A DNA stretch of 64,000 nucleotides from Spirochaetota bacterium (GTDB lineage Bacteria > Spirochaetota > UBA4802 > UBA5550). Below, one piece after another: positions 61,461 through 64,000 of the stretch (the first letter of the stretch is position 1; every line of letters starts with the position of its first letter). The DNA lies in assembly GCA_050298055.1 (NCBI GenBank), contig JBNKTL010000021.1, positions 22,054-86,053 of the forward strand, written 5' to 3'. The notes under the pieces are model-generated. The model did not search any database. It was not told the origin of the DNA and saw nothing but the letters and a program-made list of their open reading frames with translations. The translations under genes and the position numbers were made by a program.

Positions 61461-62609
61461 CTACTTCCTGTGCATCCCCTGGTAGATATCGGTTCTCTTA
61501 ATATCCACGGACACAAGATCATAATTTTTGTTTGATGATTTTATCCCCAGTTTCACTTTTACTTTGCCGATTTCCGCTTCCTTTTCCCTGTTTTTTCTGT
61601 CCAGTTTATAGACATTCTTTTTACCATTATAGATAACGACAACAGAGGCTTCGGCATTTTCTTTAAAACGCCTGGCATTGACCGATACCTTGAGACTGAC
61701 TTTCTTTCCTTTTCTGTCTGTAAACAGGATCTCCTTTTTATCCGATGAAGAAGGTTCCACATCGGTCAATCGATAGTCCCTGTTCATAAGCCTGGCGTGT
61801 TTATAAATCACATGGTTAAAATGAGAAACAGGGGCACGGAGGACTGTTTTGCGTCCCGGTTTGATAGTTACCTTCTCTTCCCAGTCTGAAAAGGTAAATT
61901 CAGGGAGTTTAACCATTCCGAAATTTTCTGAGAGATGAATTCTTAATCTATATGTACCGGGATCAATATCCGTAAGAGAAACTGCCTTATACATGTCGCC
62001 CTTTGAATAACCGACAAATTTATCATTCAGTAAAATTTCCGCGTTTAACAGGTTGCAATACAGGTCAAGCGAACCGGGGACCATATCCCGCAATGTTATC
62101 AGGCTCCTTTTTTCAGCTTTGTTTATAAATGTATAATTTTTACCGGTAAGCTTATTCACCAGGGTTTCAGCAAGCCTGTGAATATCATTCTCCGTTTTCC
62201 CCCGGGAAGTAAAAACCCGGATAGTCCCCCTTTCCGTGTCCGCGAGTCTTAATGTAAATGCCGCTTCCCCTCCAATAATTGTATAATCCACAGAGACCAG
62301 GTACTTTGCCGCGAGAAGCCTGCCCATTTTCATTGAGTTCTTTTTATCCTCACTCAGGAGGCCCGATAACATCAACTGCTGCTCGGCAACTATCCTCTCA
62401 AGTCTTTTTCGCTCAACCAGGGTGATCTCCTTTACTTTCGAGAGGTCATAGAGTATGACGCCCTCGGTAAATGCCGCGAGGTAATCGTATTCGATATTTT
62501 TTGAGAGATTCTGTACTCCCATAAATGCTAACGTTTCGGCAAACAGTGCGAAGGAAGATGAGAAGAGAAGCACTGTTATTATCAATAATCTTAAAGACAA
62601 TTTCTTCAT
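61461..62609 (-). CDS. Exported CsgG/HfaB-like + PEGA-like protein
   Basis: LVERKRLERIVAEQQL...GRLLAAKY; AEILLNDKFVG...IDPGTYRLRI. Confidence 0.75.
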   Translation of the reverse strand: MKKLSLRLLIITVLLFSSSFALFAETLAFMGVQNLSKNIEYDYLAAFTEGVILYDLSKVKEITLVERKRLERIVAEQQLMLSGLLSEDKKNSMKMGRLLAAKYLVSVDYTIIGGEAAFTLRLADTERGTIRVFTSRGKTENDIHRLAETLVNKLTGKNYTFINKAEKRSLITLRDMVPGSLDLYCNLLNAEILLNDKFVGYSKGDMYKAVSLTDIDPGTYRLRIHLSENFGMVKLPEFTFSDWEEKVTIKPGRKTVLRAPVSHFNHVIYKHARLMNRDYRLTDVEPSSSDKKEILFTDRKGKKVSLKVSVNARRFKENAEASVVVIYNGKKNVYKLDRKNREKEAEIGKVKVKLGIKSSNKNYDLVSVDIKRTDIYQGMHRK

Positions 62610-62660
62610 TGTTTTATTTCTCCTGTAAAAGAAAAGCTCCGGGAAATACCCGGTTACGGG

Positions 62661-62780
62661 CTAACAATTAATATATTTCCCGAAAAACTAACAGCATGTC
62701 CCCTCCGCCTTGGACGGCGGGGTATATACAAGTTATGTTTTTCAATGAATATCAATATTCTTAAACAGAGCAGTAGTTAC
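62661..62780. mobile_element. Degenerate MITE-like element related to 6852-6987
   Basis: Shared cccc.ccgcctt..ggcgggg hairpin, gttatgtttt..aatgaatat, end agtagttac. Confidence 0.5.
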
Positions 62781-62937
62781 AAGTTCTTTTACTTGAAAAA
62801 TAAAATAATTTAAAAAAAGAAAAGTCAATTCATATTTTAATCCCGGTCTGTGATCTGCAAAAATGTTGACATCTTCCCGGTTCACTGGTATTCTCTAATT
62901 TATGATTGTTTAAATTACGGGGAAAAGGATAGAGAGA

Positions 62938-64000
62938 ATGATCATTGGCTGTCCAAGAGAAGTTAAGGACAAGGAGTTCAGGGTGGGGATCGTCCCCTCA
63001 GGTGTGAGGGACTTGACCGCTTCGGGGCACACCGTTTATATTGAGAAGAGTGCCGGCACCGGGAGCAGGATCAGCGACAGGGAATACAGCGATGCCGGGG
63101 GAGTTCTCCTCGGGACAGCCGAAGAAGTCTATTCAAAATCAGAAATGGTCATAAAGGTCAAGGAACCCGTAAAGGAGGAGTTCAGGTTTCTCAGGGAAGG
63201 CCTCATCCTCTTTACCTTTCTTCACCTGGCGCCCCTGAAGGAGCTTACGGAAGAACTCCTGGAAAAGGGAGTGACAGGTATCGGCTATGAAACAGTTCAG
63301 CTTGAAAGCGGCTACCTTCCTCTCCTTGCCCCCATGAGTGAGGTTGCCGGAAGAATGTCGGTCCACATCGGCGCGCAGATGCTCAAACAGGAGAACGGCA
63401 GGGGGATTCTCCTGGGCGGTGTTCCCGGTGTGGAGCACGGGAAGGTGGTGATAATCGGAGGTGGGATAGCGGGAAGCAACGCGGCCCGGGTCGCCACGGC
63501 CCTGGGGGCAATGGTCAGCGTCCTTGACATCGATATCAGAAGGCTTGAATACCTCGAGGACATATTCCAGGGAAAGATAAACACACTGATATCCAACATG
63601 CAGAACATTGAAGACCAGCTGAAGGCGGCGGACCTTGTTATCGGCGCGGTACTCCTGCCGGGAAGAAGCGCCCCCCGGCTTGTGACACGGAAGATGCTCG
63701 GGCTGATGAAAAGAGGTTCGGTCATCGTGGACATTGCCATAGACCAGGGCGGGTGTTTCGAGACATCGTCTCCCACCACCCACACCGATCCCACATACGA
63801 GGTTGAGGGTGTCATACACTACTGTGTGACAAATATGCCGGGAGCCGTCCCCAGGACCTCCACCTTCGCTTTAACAAATGCCACAATGCACTTCGCGTCC
63901 GAGATCGCCAACAACGGACTTATTGAAGCGGCAAAAAGAAATAAAGCCATCCTCTCGGGGATAAACACCTATAACGGAAAACTCCTTAACCGCCATGTAG
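62938..64000 (+). CDS. ald: Alanine dehydrogenase, truncated by the window end
   Basis: Not in the ORF track. Hand translation gives [56 protein letters not shown]. Confidence 0.96.
   Translation, partial: MIIGCPREVKDKEFRVGIVPSGVRDLTASGHTVYIEKSAGTGSRISDREYSDAGGVLLGTAEEVYSKSEMVIKVKEPVKEEFRFLREGLILFTFLHLAPLKELTEELLEKGVTGIGYETVQLESGYLPLLAPMSEVAGRMSVHIGAQMLKQENGRGILLGGVPGVEHGKVVIIGGGIAGSNAARVATALGAMVSVLDIDIRRLEYLEDIFQGKINTLISNMQNIEDQLKAADLVIGAVLLPGRSAPRLVTRKMLGLMKRGSVIVDIAIDQGGCFETSSPTTHTDPTYEVEGVIHYCVTNMPGAVPRTSTFALTNATMHFASEIANNGLIEAAKRNKAILSGINTYNGKLLNRHV

Noticed and set aside
63139..63819. Minus-strand ORFs of 226 and 167 aa
   Set aside because: Antisense to the clear alanine dehydrogenase frame.

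Overview
Bacterial chromosomal window, probably from a Leptospirales-like spirochaete (inferred from LipL45/FecR-type and other spirochaete-style lipoproteins). Housekeeping genes: CIRCE-hrcA-grpE-dnaK-dnaJ, tyrS, an ECF sigma/anti-sigma pair, ino1, a Fur/PerR-type regulator with katG, a THUMP RNA methyltransferase, a TIGR03960/TIGR03936 radical SAM fusion, rsmA, abfD and a truncated ald. Accessory genes include a surface-lipoprotein/beta-barrel operon, an LRR-Roc-COR protein, a WD40-caspase, a SUKH-TPR-WGR-like protein and two TA modules. The most notable region is an AT-rich island at about 40.5-46.2 kb. It holds what looks like a decaying, integrase-less integron cassette array (FliL-like gene, stand-alone SIR2 gene, SDH Clp-fold protease plus a small partner), next to an Xre-RES TA pair, an IS66-like MITE with target duplication and a highly structured GC-rich non-coding element. 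Several families of small non-autonomous repeats occupy intergenic spaces. No rRNA, tRNA, CRISPR array, integrase, transposase or reverse transcriptase was seen. All calls come from reading the sequence and motifs by eye; no searches were run.
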